The position numbers and the translations under genes are program-made. Source: Thermovirgaceae bacterium (GTDB lineage Bacteria > Synergistota > Synergistia > Synergistales > Thermovirgaceae). From it: 64,000 bases of DNA. Under the pieces are notes generated by a model, which worked only from the letters and a program-made list of their open reading frames with translations, searched no databases and had not been told where the DNA came from. Numbering within the stretch: position 1 is the first letter of the stretch; every line of letters starts with the position of its first letter. This document shows, one piece after another, positions 53,918 to 62,883 of the stretch. The stretch is from contig JAXGNU010000005.1 of assembly GCA_040767805.1 (NCBI GenBank), positions 64,001-128,000 of the forward strand, written 5' to 3'.

Positions 53918-55504
53918 ATGGCTGTTCTCGAAGTACCGGGAAGCATTTTTGACATACTGGGCCCCATCATGACGGGACCCTCAAGCTCCCACACTGCCGG
54001 AGCCGTCCGCGTAGGTCTCATGGCGCGCGGCATCGCCGGGGGGGCCCTGAAGGGGGCCGTCATCACCTTTTACGGGTCCCTGGCCGAGACCTACAAGGGG
54101 CACATGACGGACTCGGGAGTCGTCGCGGGGCTTCTGGGCATGGGTGTCGACGATCCCGGCATAAGGGAAGCCCTCGAAAGCGCGGAAAAAAGAGGCATCT
54201 CCATCCGGGTCCTTGCTCTTCCCTCGGAAACGAAAAACCCCAACACGATAGTAGTCGAACTCGAGACCCGCGAGGGGGAAACGCGGCGCGTGGAGGGCGT
54301 CACCATTGGCGGCGGGGAGATACAGGTCTCCTCCATCGATGGTTTCCCCGTGGACTTACGGGGGAAGCACGACGAGGTCCTTTTATTCACCGGGCCCGGC
54401 GCGGCCTTCCCCGATGAGGCGGCGGCCATCGCCGCCGGGAGTGAGCCCTCCGTCTCGGAAGGCCCTGGCGGCGCGAGGCTGTTCGTGATCAGGCCCTTCG
54501 CGTCCCCTGAAAGATCCGTGCTAGAGGGGCTGGGAAAGGCGAACGGTGTCCTGGGGGTCAGCTTCCTCCCGCGGCTTTACGACTACGGAAAGGCGGACGG
54601 TCCCGCCCTTTTCAGCACCGTGGAGGGGATGGTCCGGCTTTCAGGGGAGATCGGGCTCCTCCCGGCCTTGGAAAATTACGAAGCAGGGCGCAGCGGGCTG
54701 AGCAGGGAAGAGACTCGGGAGAAACTGGCCCGTGTCTGGTCCGTCATGGAGGGATCGACGAAGGCGGGCCTTTCGGGCCGCAACAGGATGGTCGGCGGCT
54801 TTATGCCGGGCGATGACGGGCGCAAACTCCTCGATGCCTTGAACTCGGGGGTCACCCTGTCGGGGCCGGTCCTGCCCTTGGCCGTAGCGAAAGCCATTTC
54901 CGCCATGGAGGTCAACGCTTCCATGGGTCGGGTCTGCGCCGCGCCGACGGCGGGCTCCTGCGGGGTGCTGCCGGGGGTCCTTTCCGCTATGAAGGAACAG
55001 AGGTCTTTGCAAGACGATACTCTGGTGGACGCACTGCTGGTGGCGGGTGTCTACGGGGCCCTAGTAGCTTTCAGGGCGCCCATATCCGGGGCCCTGGGGG
55101 GGTGCCAGTCCGAGATAGGGGTGGCCTCGGCGATGGCCGCCGCCGCCCTGGCCTACCTAGGGGGAGGATCGGCCGAGGCGACGGCCCACGCCATGGCGCT
55201 GGCCTTGAAGAGCCTCTTGGGGCTCGTCTGTGACCCCGTGGCCGGCCCCGTCGAAATCCCCTGCATCAAGCGAAACGCCGTGGGCGTAGCCAACGCCTTC
55301 GCCGCCGCCGACATGGCGCTGGCCGGGATAAGAAGCGTAATCCCCCCCGATGAAGTGATCGATGCCCTGGTGAACGTCCAGCAATTAATGCCGGCTGAGC
55401 TCAGGGGTTCCACCCAGGCGAGCCTGGGGGTGACGAAGACCGCGATACGCTTGAAAGAAGAGTGGCTCTCGCGGTGCAGGCACTGCAAGGAAGAATGTCC
55501 TTGA
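53918..55504 (+). CDS. Fe-S L-serine dehydratase, fused beta+alpha subunits
   Basis: IFDILGPIMTGPSSSHTAG (beta); APTAGSCG, GGCQSE, GLVCDPVAG.VE.PC.KRN (alpha). Confidence 0.92.
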   Translation: MAVLEVPGSIFDILGPIMTGPSSSHTAGAVRVGLMARGIAGGALKGAVITFYGSLAETYKGHMTDSGVVAGLLGMGVDDPGIREALESAEKRGISIRVLALPSETKNPNTIVVELETREGETRRVEGVTIGGGEIQVSSIDGFPVDLRGKHDEVLLFTGPGAAFPDEAAAIAAGSEPSVSEGPGGARLFVIRPFASPERSVLEGLGKANGVLGVSFLPRLYDYGKADGPALFSTVEGMVRLSGEIGLLPALENYEAGRSGLSREETREKLARVWSVMEGSTKAGLSGRNRMVGGFMPGDDGRKLLDALNSGVTLSGPVLPLAVAKAISAMEVNASMGRVCAAPTAGSCGVLPGVLSAMKEQRSLQDDTLVDALLVAGVYGALVAFRAPISGALGGCQSEIGVASAMAAAALAYLGGGSAEATAHAMALALKSLLGLVCDPVAGPVEIPCIKRNAVGVANAFAAADMALAGIRSVIPPDEVIDALVNVQQLMPAELRGSTQASLGVTKTAIRLKEEWLSRCRHCKEECP

Positions 55505-55535
55505 CATAATTTCAGAGAATGTGGGGGAGGATAAC

Positions 55536-56534
55536 ATGTTTAAAACAAGACTATTGAGCCAGGAAGAAGTAAAGAAACTGATTTCAATGAAGGACGTGAT
55601 CGATGCGGCGGAGAAGACCTTCAGGGGCATGGGAGAGGAGACGGTGGTCAACCCCACGAAAGTCGGCCTCGACCTTGGAGAGACAGCGGAGTTCCCACCC
55701 TACGAGGGATTCATGAATGCTATGCCCGCTTATATCGGCTGGCTGGACTCGGCGGGGATCAAGTGGGCGGGCGGTTTCCTGGGCGAGAGAAAGAAAAGGG
55801 GTCTTCCTTACATTACCTCCTTGATCCTTCTCATCGATCCGAAGATAGGTAATTTCCGGGCCGTAATGGATGGCGCCTACATCACCAATATGAGGACCGG
55901 GGCCCAGACAGCGGTAGCCCTGAAGTACCTCCACCCGGAGAAAAACTTGAAGCTGGGACTTTTCGGGGCCGGGATGCAGGGGCATACCCAGACCATGGCG
56001 ATAGCGGAACTCTTCCATATCGACGAGGTCCACGTCTACGATATTTCCCCCGAGGCCAGCAGGAAATACGCGGAAGACATGAAGGATACGGTCCAGGGGA
56101 AGATCGTCATAGCGAAAACCCCGGAAGAGGCTGCGACCGGTGCCGACGTCGTCGTCTGCGTAACCCAGTCCAAGGACAAATTTGTCAAGGATTCCTGGAT
56201 CAAACCCGGTGGGATCCTCTTCCCCATGGGTTCGTACCAGGAGTGTGAAGATGCTTACATCCTCAACGCCGACAGGATCATCGTGGACCATGTCGGACAA
56301 TGCCTGCACAGGGGAGCACTGAAGGAACTGAGCGAAGCCGGAAAGATCACCGAAAAGAGTATCTACGCCACGATAGGAGAGATCGTGGCCGGGAAAAAGA
56401 AGGGTCCGGGATCGCCGTCGGAAAGGACTCTTTGCATTCCCATAGGGACCGGGGCTATGGACATAGCGGTCGCAACGATTGCTCTCAAGAAAGCGGAAGA
56501 GAAGGGAATCGGGGGGTTCTACGAATTCGCGTGA
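55536..56534 (+). CDS. Ornithine cyclodeaminase/mu-crystallin family imine reductase/dehydrogenase, paralog 1
   Basis: AMPAY, GIKW, TNMRTGA, GAGMQG, GEIVAGK, G.GAMDIA. Confidence 0.92.
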   Translation: MFKTRLLSQEEVKKLISMKDVIDAAEKTFRGMGEETVVNPTKVGLDLGETAEFPPYEGFMNAMPAYIGWLDSAGIKWAGGFLGERKKRGLPYITSLILLIDPKIGNFRAVMDGAYITNMRTGAQTAVALKYLHPEKNLKLGLFGAGMQGHTQTMAIAELFHIDEVHVYDISPEASRKYAEDMKDTVQGKIVIAKTPEEAATGADVVVCVTQSKDKFVKDSWIKPGGILFPMGSYQECEDAYILNADRIIVDHVGQCLHRGALKELSEAGKITEKSIYATIGEIVAGKKKGPGSPSERTLCIPIGTGAMDIAVATIALKKAEEKGIGGFYEFA

Positions 56535-56572
56535 GAAGTTCCTCAACCCTTATAAACACAGGAGGTGATGTG

Positions 56573-57568
56573 GTGGCCACTCTTCTTGTCACGCAGAAAG
56601 AAATCGTCGAACTGGTTTCCATGGCTGAAGTGATCGACGCAGTGGAGAAAACCTTTCGGGGCATGGGGGAAGGATCGGTCATCAACCCCACGAAGGTTCA
56701 TCTGGACCTAGGGGATGGTGAAAGCGGTCTCCCCTATAACGCCGGAATGAACTCAATGCCGGCCTACGTCGGTTGGCTTGAGTCAGCAGGGATTAAGTTC
56801 ATCGGGGGATGGGAGGATAACCCCTCAAAAGGAATGCCTTACATCAGCGGGATGATCCTTCTGGTTGACCCCAGGGATGGTCGATTTCTGTCCGTCATGG
56901 ATGGGACCCTTGTGACGGCTCTCAGAACAGGGGCCCAGACGGCGGTCGCCCTGAAATACTTGGTATCAGAACCCCGGAACCCTGTAATAGCTCTCTATGG
57001 AGCCGGGGCCCAGGGACGGACCCAGGTCGAAGCCATTGCTACCGCTTTCAAGGTGAAGGAATTCCGGGTCTTCGATATCAGGAAAGAAGCCTCCCAGGCA
57101 TTTGCAGAGGAAATGGCTCCAAAGATGGGGGTGCCTATAACGGTCGTGGACCGCCCGGAAGACGCCGTCAAGGAAGCCCATGCCGTTGTGTCGGTAACCC
57201 ACGCCCGTAACAAGTTCATCAGGAACGACATGATAGGTGAAGGTGTCACCGTCTGTCCCCTGGGCTCTTTCAGGGAGTGTGAGGATGAACTGATCCTTTC
57301 AATGGACAAGATCATTGTGGATCATGTCGGCCAAACCCTGCACAGGGGAGCGCTCAAGGATGTCAGCGAATCAGGCCGTCTCGGGGAGGAGGACCTGTAC
57401 GGGACCATAGGGGAGGTCGTTGCGGGAAAGAAGAAGGGCAGGGAAAACTCAAAGGAAAGGATCCTCTGTATTCCCATAGGTACAGGGGCAATGGACGTTA
57501 CCGTCGCCACCCTGGCTTACCGAAAAGCTCTTGAAAAAGGCGTGGGAAAGGAATTTCCCTTCATCTAG
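56573..57568 (+). CDS. Ornithine cyclodeaminase/mu-crystallin family protein, paralog 2
   Basis: SMPAY, GIKF, TALRTGA, GAGAQG, GEVVAGK; GGAGG RBS before GTG. Confidence 0.92.
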   Translation: MATLLVTQKEIVELVSMAEVIDAVEKTFRGMGEGSVINPTKVHLDLGDGESGLPYNAGMNSMPAYVGWLESAGIKFIGGWEDNPSKGMPYISGMILLVDPRDGRFLSVMDGTLVTALRTGAQTAVALKYLVSEPRNPVIALYGAGAQGRTQVEAIATAFKVKEFRVFDIRKEASQAFAEEMAPKMGVPITVVDRPEDAVKEAHAVVSVTHARNKFIRNDMIGEGVTVCPLGSFRECEDELILSMDKIIVDHVGQTLHRGALKDVSESGRLGEEDLYGTIGEVVAGKKKGRENSKERILCIPIGTGAMDVTVATLAYRKALEKGVGKEFPFI

Positions 57569-57674
57569 GTCAAGCAGTTTTTTGACCTGGTATTGGGGAA
57601 ATCTCACCGGTGACAACGGGATGTTGCCGGTGAATGGCAAGGACAAAATTAGTAGAAAAGGGGAGGGAAAAGAG

Positions 57675-58685
57675 ATGAGAGCGAAATGGTTGGTTCTTGG
57701 GACAGCGTTGCTGGTTGCCATCATGGTTATAGCGACCGGCACGGCTGTCGCAGCGCAGTACCAGTGGAAGATCGGGCATATAAGGCCTACCGGGACGGAT
57801 GTCGACAATGACGTAAACTGGCTTGTCGAGAAGATCAAGGAAGAGTCCGGCGGACGGATCGTGATCGACATCTTCCCCGCAAGCCAACTGGGCGACTACA
57901 CTGTGGTCCAGGAAAGGGTATCGATGGGCGCCATCGAGATGCAGCTGGCCTGCCTGGGTACGACGGTCTCCAAGGCCCTGAACCTTCCCGGAGCTCCGTA
58001 CCTTGCCACTAATTACGAAGAAGCGGAGAAGCTCTTCGGCCCGGGTGGGATCGTGTACGAAATAGTGGATGAGATCCTCGACCAGAAGGAGAACATACAC
58101 CTCATCGCAGGATGGCCTTGCTATTTCGGAGGGATCGCCCTGGGCAAGGAAGCCCCGGCTCCAGGAGATCCCGATGTTCCCAAGAACATCAAGATCCGCG
58201 TCCCGCCGATCAAGTCCTACGAATTGGTCGCCGATGCACTGGGCTACATGGCCACCCCTATCCCCTGGGCCGAAACCTTCACAGCCATGCAGACGGGCAT
58301 AGTTGACGGGGCTATCGGGGCGGGAGCCGAGGGGTACTATGCGAACCTCCGGGACCTCATGAAGGTCTACCTCGTCATCAACGACCACTTTGAAATGTGG
58401 TTCTGGTACATGAACAAGGACCTCTGGAACAAGCTCTCCAAGGAGGACCAGGAACTACTCACCAAAGCGGGTCGAGAACTCGAGGCCAGGAGATGGAAAG
58501 CAGCTCCCGAAGCCCAAATAGCAAACGAAAAGAGGTTGGCCGATTTTGGTGTAAAGGTTATCTACATCAAGCCGGAAGAATTCAAGGCCATAGTGAAAAA
58601 GGCGGAAGAATTAGTGTGGCCGGGCATCAAGGGAGATATCGGGGAAGAGTACTTTAACAGGACCATGGAAGCGCTGAAGAAATAG
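57675..58685 (+). CDS. TRAP transporter substrate-binding protein (DctP)
   Basis: Signal peptide, SGGRI, FPASQLG, KIRVP, TAMQTGIVDG. Confidence 0.93.
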   Translation: MRAKWLVLGTALLVAIMVIATGTAVAAQYQWKIGHIRPTGTDVDNDVNWLVEKIKEESGGRIVIDIFPASQLGDYTVVQERVSMGAIEMQLACLGTTVSKALNLPGAPYLATNYEEAEKLFGPGGIVYEIVDEILDQKENIHLIAGWPCYFGGIALGKEAPAPGDPDVPKNIKIRVPPIKSYELVADALGYMATPIPWAETFTAMQTGIVDGAIGAGAEGYYANLRDLMKVYLVINDHFEMWFWYMNKDLWNKLSKEDQELLTKAGRELEARRWKAAPEAQIANEKRLADFGVKVIYIKPEEFKAIVKKAEELVWPGIKGDIGEEYFNRTMEALKK

Positions 58686-58731
58686 CCTGACAATGCTTGG
58701 CGCTTTCCGCTTCACCGTTCATTGTTGATGG

Positions 58732-58760
58732 GCCGGGGGGCGCAAGTCCCCCGGCTTGTT
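58732..58760 (+). terminator. Hairpin after dctP (weak terminator or mRNA stabiliser)
   Basis: GCCGGGGG...CCCCCGGC followed by TTGTT. Confidence 0.45.
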
Positions 58761-58840
58761 CCAAGGACCTTGGGAAAGGCCGTAGTCTGGCGATTGGAAA
58801 GAAGAGTCTTCAAAGAGGGGCTTAAGAATTCGAATGTTGG

Positions 58841-60217
58841 GTGGTACGAGAGGGTGTGAATACCGTGGTTGTTGAAACCTGTCTTGAAAAGCAAAAGAAG
58901 GAAGGCGCCGTTGTAACAGAAGGGCCGTTGAAAATACGGAAGGTATTGGTAAAGGACGTGCAATTCGGCGAAGAGACGGAAATCAGGGGCGAAACCCTTT
59001 TCCTGAATGCCGATGATATGGAAAGAGAATTGCTCGAGGACAAACATCTCCTTTCCGTCGATGTGAAGATCGCCAGGCCCGGGGAGAGCATCAGGATAAT
59101 CCCCGTAAAGGATATCCTGGCGCCGGCGGTTAAAGTGGACGGTCCCGGTTGTGTCTTCCCGGGCTTTATCGGAAACCCCACCAGGACGATCGCCGGGAGG
59201 GGTACTACGGCGTTCCTCGAAGGCGTGGCCGTGGTGACCTCGGGAAGATTGGTCAACTTCCAGGAGGGGCTGATCGACATGACCGGTCCCGGGGCCGAGT
59301 ATTCGATCTTCTCCAGGTTGGTCAACGTGGTCCTCGTCCTTGAACCCGTTGAAGGGCTCGGGAAGTACGAACATGAGAGGGTCGTCAGGGAAGCCGGCGT
59401 TAAGGCGGCTGCTTTCATAGGGAAGGCCGCCGCAACGGCTGAGTATTTCGAGGAGACGGTCTATGCCAACGAAGCCATCCCCGAGATCCACTCCAAATAC
59501 CCTGACCTGCCGAAAGTGGTCTATGTAAGGCAGGTCCTGGCTCAAGGACTGCTCCATGACAATTACCTTTACGGATTGAACGCAAGGGAAGGTGCTGTCC
59601 CTCTGTATATGCAGGCCACGGAACTCTTTGACGGGGCCATTGTCAGCGGGAACTGCGCCGCCCCCTGTCATAAACACACCACCTATCATCACCAAAGGGA
59701 CCCCATTTCCGAGGACCTTCTCGCTGAGCACGGGAAGTCCCTGGCTTTCCTGGGTATCATCGCCCAACCCGTGAGGACGGCTTTCTCTGAAAAAGAAAGG
59801 AATTCTTTCCAGGTCCTCAAAATCGCGAAAAGCCTGGGAGCCGACGGGGCCATAATCGCCGAGGACGGAGGCGGCAATCCCGAGTGTGACCTGATGCTTA
59901 CGGCCAGTATTCTCGAACAGGCCGGCATCAAGACCGTCATCGTGACCGACGAATACGCCGGTGGCGACGGGGCGTCTCCCGGGCTGGCGGATATTTCTCC
60001 ATACGCCGATGCCGTTGTCACCAACGGTAACGGGAACGAACGCGTGGTATTGCCCCCGATGGAAAAAGTCATCGGACACTTGGAGACTATCGAAGTGATC
60101 ACCGGTGGTCATTCGGGAAGCCTTTTGAAGGATGGATCGATAAACATGGAAATAGCCGGCATCATGGGCTCCACGAACGAACTGGGGATGGAAAACCTCT
60201 CCACAAGGGCAATATGA
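58841..60217 (+). CDS. grdE: Glycine/sarcosine/betaine reductase component B proprotein (GrdE-like; start uncertain)
   Basis: VKDVQFG, PGESIRIIPVKD, QEGLIDM.GPGA.YS, DGAIVSGNC cleavage motif, GNP..D, TDE.AG.DG. Confidence 0.92.
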   Translation: MVREGVNTVVVETCLEKQKKEGAVVTEGPLKIRKVLVKDVQFGEETEIRGETLFLNADDMERELLEDKHLLSVDVKIARPGESIRIIPVKDILAPAVKVDGPGCVFPGFIGNPTRTIAGRGTTAFLEGVAVVTSGRLVNFQEGLIDMTGPGAEYSIFSRLVNVVLVLEPVEGLGKYEHERVVREAGVKAAAFIGKAAATAEYFEETVYANEAIPEIHSKYPDLPKVVYVRQVLAQGLLHDNYLYGLNAREGAVPLYMQATELFDGAIVSGNCAAPCHKHTTYHHQRDPISEDLLAEHGKSLAFLGIIAQPVRTAFSEKERNSFQVLKIAKSLGADGAIIAEDGGGNPECDLMLTASILEQAGIKTVIVTDEYAGGDGASPGLADISPYADAVVTNGNGNERVVLPPMEKVIGHLETIEVITGGHSGSLLKDGSINMEIAGIMGSTNELGMENLSTRAI

Positions 60218-60234
60218 GGGACGGTGCTGGGAAG

Positions 60235-61584
60235 ATGAAAAAGTACAGGATCGTTCACTATATCAACCAATTCTTTGCCGGCATCGGGGGTGAAGAAAAA
60301 GCGGGGATCGGTCCCTGGTTCGAGGACAAACCGGTGGGTTTCGGCAAGCAGATCGAGGCGGCTTCCGGCGGCCGTCTTGAGGTCGTGCGGACGGTGATAT
60401 GCGGGGACAACTATGCTGCGGAAAACCTTGAGGAATTTGAGAGGACCATTCTCCCCTGGATAAAAGAAGTTGACGCTGATCTTCTTTTCGCCGGCCCGGC
60501 CTTCGGTGCCGGGCGTTACGGGACCGCATGCGGGACCCTTTGTGACCGCGTTTCATCCCTATTGGGTCTGATTGCGATCTCTGCAATGCACGAGACAAAT
60601 CCCGGGGTGGATGTAGCGAAAAGGACGACTTACGTTTTGAAGACCGGAGATTCGGCGAGAAAAATTGGCAAGGTGGTTCAAGATATGATCCGGTTCGGCC
60701 TCCGTCTCCTCGATGGAGAAGAAATAGGAAGCCCGGAAGTGGAAGGATATCACCCTCGTGGAGTCCGGATAAACTTCCGAAGAAAAGAGCGGGGATCGAA
60801 AAGGGCCGTATCCATGCTCCTCAAGAAAATTCACGGCGAGCCTTTTGAGACGGAACTACCCATGCCTGTCTATGACCTCGTCCCGCCTGCGCCTCCCGTG
60901 GCGAACCTTGAGGAAGCCCTTATTGCCATCGGCACGGAGGGTGGCATCGTCCCCAGGGGTAACCCCGATCGGATCGAAGCTCACAATGCTTCCAAATGGT
61001 GTGCCTATCCCCTGGTGGGTTTGGACAACCTCAAGAAAGGCGATTACGAAGTCGCCCACGGCGGTTATGACTTGGTCCATGCCAACGAGGACCCCGACAG
61101 GGTTCTGCCCCTGGATGGCATGCGGCGCCTTGAAAAAGCGGGCAGGTTCCGAAAACTGCTTGAGAAATATTTCGTCACCGTGGGAAACGTAACGGCGGTG
61201 AAATCAGCTGAACGATACGGGCGCGAGATCGCGGCGATGCTCCACGATGAGGGAGTCGATGGTGTGGTGATGACCTCCACCTGAGGCACCGGCACGCGTT
61301 GCGGCGCAACGCTGGCAAGGGAGATCGAAAGATCCGGGATACCGACAGCCCTGATCACGGCCATACCCAGCATCGCCCTCACCGTCGGAGCCAACAGGAT
61401 AGTCCAGGGGGTGGCGATACCTCACCCCGTCGGTTCCATCACGGAGGACAGCTACGAGGCGGAGATGGAGATAAGGATGGAGATATTGGAGAGAGCCCTG
61501 AACGCCATCTGCACGCCCATCACCGAGCAGACCGTTTTCCGCAAGGGAGAACAGGTGGAGGTGGCTGGTGCTGGAAGGGAGTAA
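60235..61584 (+). CDS. grdB: Selenoprotein B of a glycine/sarcosine/betaine reductase-family enzyme; UGA at 61282-61284 read as Sec350 (449 aa)
   Basis: HYINQFFAG.GGEE, GPAF.AGRYG, HGGYD; the frame continues through TGA as TST-U-GTGTRCGA...VGANRIV...IPHPVG to TAA at 61582-61584. Confidence 0.93.
61296..61312 (+). promoter_or_regulatory. Bacterial SECIS hairpin
   Basis: GCGTTGC-GGC-GCAACGC, starting 11 nt after the UGA, with a G-initiated loop. Confidence 0.8.
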
Positions 61585-61966
61585 GAACCTCCCAAGGAGC
61601 AGGATCATCACTAACAACCCACTCGTGATCGAAAGGTTCAAAGAGAGCATTCCAGTAGAAGGGGGCCCCGCCGAGGTTTTCAAGGAGGCCCTGCAGCACC
61701 TTGAAAAGGGCGCTGTTCTCTCGGGGCATCCCCTTTCTGGAAGCATAAGGCTCACAGCGAACCCTTACCGTTCCATCGTCGTCGATGCTCCGGAAGGGGC
61801 CGCCCTGGACAGGAATGGAGTAGCCGCCCTCCTGGACGCGATCGATCGTGTCGAGAGAGCGTCGAGAGAAAGGATCGCGCCGCAGGAATGCCTGGAGGAT
61901 TACGCGTTCATAGATTTGGACCTTTTGAAGGCCGGTATCAGCGACGACCCGGAGAAAAAGGTTTGA
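61568..61966 (+). CDS. grdX: GrdX-family protein
   Basis: IITNNPLV, HPLSGS...PYRSI, DYAFID. Confidence 0.85.
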   Translation: MLEGSKNLPRSRIITNNPLVIERFKESIPVEGGPAEVFKEALQHLEKGAVLSGHPLSGSIRLTANPYRSIVVDAPEGAALDRNGVAALLDAIDRVERASRERIAPQECLEDYAFIDLDLLKAGISDDPEKKV

Positions 61967-61994
61967 ACCCTGAGGTTCTTCCCACGGGAGCGGT

Positions 61995-62747
61995 TCAGGC
62001 GCAGTAATTCCTCAGGGTGCCCACCCCTTCGATCTCCACTTCCACCACGTTGCCGGGCCTCAGGGGGCCTACGCCAGCCGGGGTGCCCGTGGCGATCACG
62101 TCGCCCGGGGAGAGCGTGGCGAAGCGGCTTATGAGGGCTATGATCCGGGTGGCGGGAAACCCCATGGCGTCGGTGTTCGACGACTGGACCACCTTGCCGT
62201 TGAGCCTGGTCTCGATCTTCCTGCCCCCCGCGTCTCGGCTGTCCACAAGCCATGGCCCCATGGGGCAGAAGGTGTCGAAGCTCTTGGAGCGGGTCAGGCG
62301 CGCGTCCTTTTTCGTCAGGTCCCTGGCCGTGACGTCGTTGAGGCAGGTCAGCCCGAAGATCACGTCCCGGGCATCTTCTTCGGGGACGTCCCTGCACCTT
62401 TTGCCGATGACCACCGCCATCTCCCCCTCGTAGTCGACCCTCCCCGGCCAGGTGGGGATGATTATCGTCCCCTCGTGCCCTAGGAGTGAATTCACCCCCT
62501 TGAGGAAGATGTTCGGCTCCTCGGGCATCGGGGTGCCCGATTCCTCGGCGTGGTCGGCGTAGTTCAGGCCGACGCAGAAGATGTTGCCCGGCTCCGCCGG
62601 CGGCAGGAGCTTCACTTCTCCGATCAGGGTCTGTTCCCCCGTCGGTTCCCTGGTGACCCAGGGCGCCCCCGCCAGGGCGGATATCACGTCGCCCTCGAGC
62701 ATACCCCAGCTCGTTTCACCGGCCTTTTGATACCTGACGAATTTCAT
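61995..62747 (-). CDS. Fumarylacetoacetate hydrolase family protein
   Basis: VGLNYADH, DYEGE, NDVTARD, KSFDTFCPMGP, PGDVIATGTP. Confidence 0.93.
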   Translation of the reverse strand: MKFVRYQKAGETSWGMLEGDVISALAGAPWVTREPTGEQTLIGEVKLLPPAEPGNIFCVGLNYADHAEESGTPMPEEPNIFLKGVNSLLGHEGTIIIPTWPGRVDYEGEMAVVIGKRCRDVPEEDARDVIFGLTCLNDVTARDLTKKDARLTRSKSFDTFCPMGPWLVDSRDAGGRKIETRLNGKVVQSSNTDAMGFPATRIIALISRFATLSPGDVIATGTPAGVGPLRPGNVVEVEIEGVGTLRNYCA

Positions 62748-62883
62748 GGACCTTCCTCCCCTTCTTTCGGCCGTCCCGCCCCCAAAGGGGCGGGAAGCCC
62801 TGTTTTTATGAACATGCCGTGCCTTACCTTCACCAAGTATAGCCTCATCCTCCCGGTCGTGACGGCGGGGGCGGGCCTCCCCG

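Noticed and set aside
60214..61628. grdB as a truncated pseudogene plus a separate ORF at 61299-61628
   Set aside because: The TGA is at the conserved Sec position with a SECIS, and the GrdB frame continues; the 61299 ORF is an off-frame shadow
47678..61967. AAGGTTTCAA / AAGGTTTGAA near both island edges as att sites
   Set aside because: Only 9/10 identity, no integrase or tRNA nearby; compatible with chance
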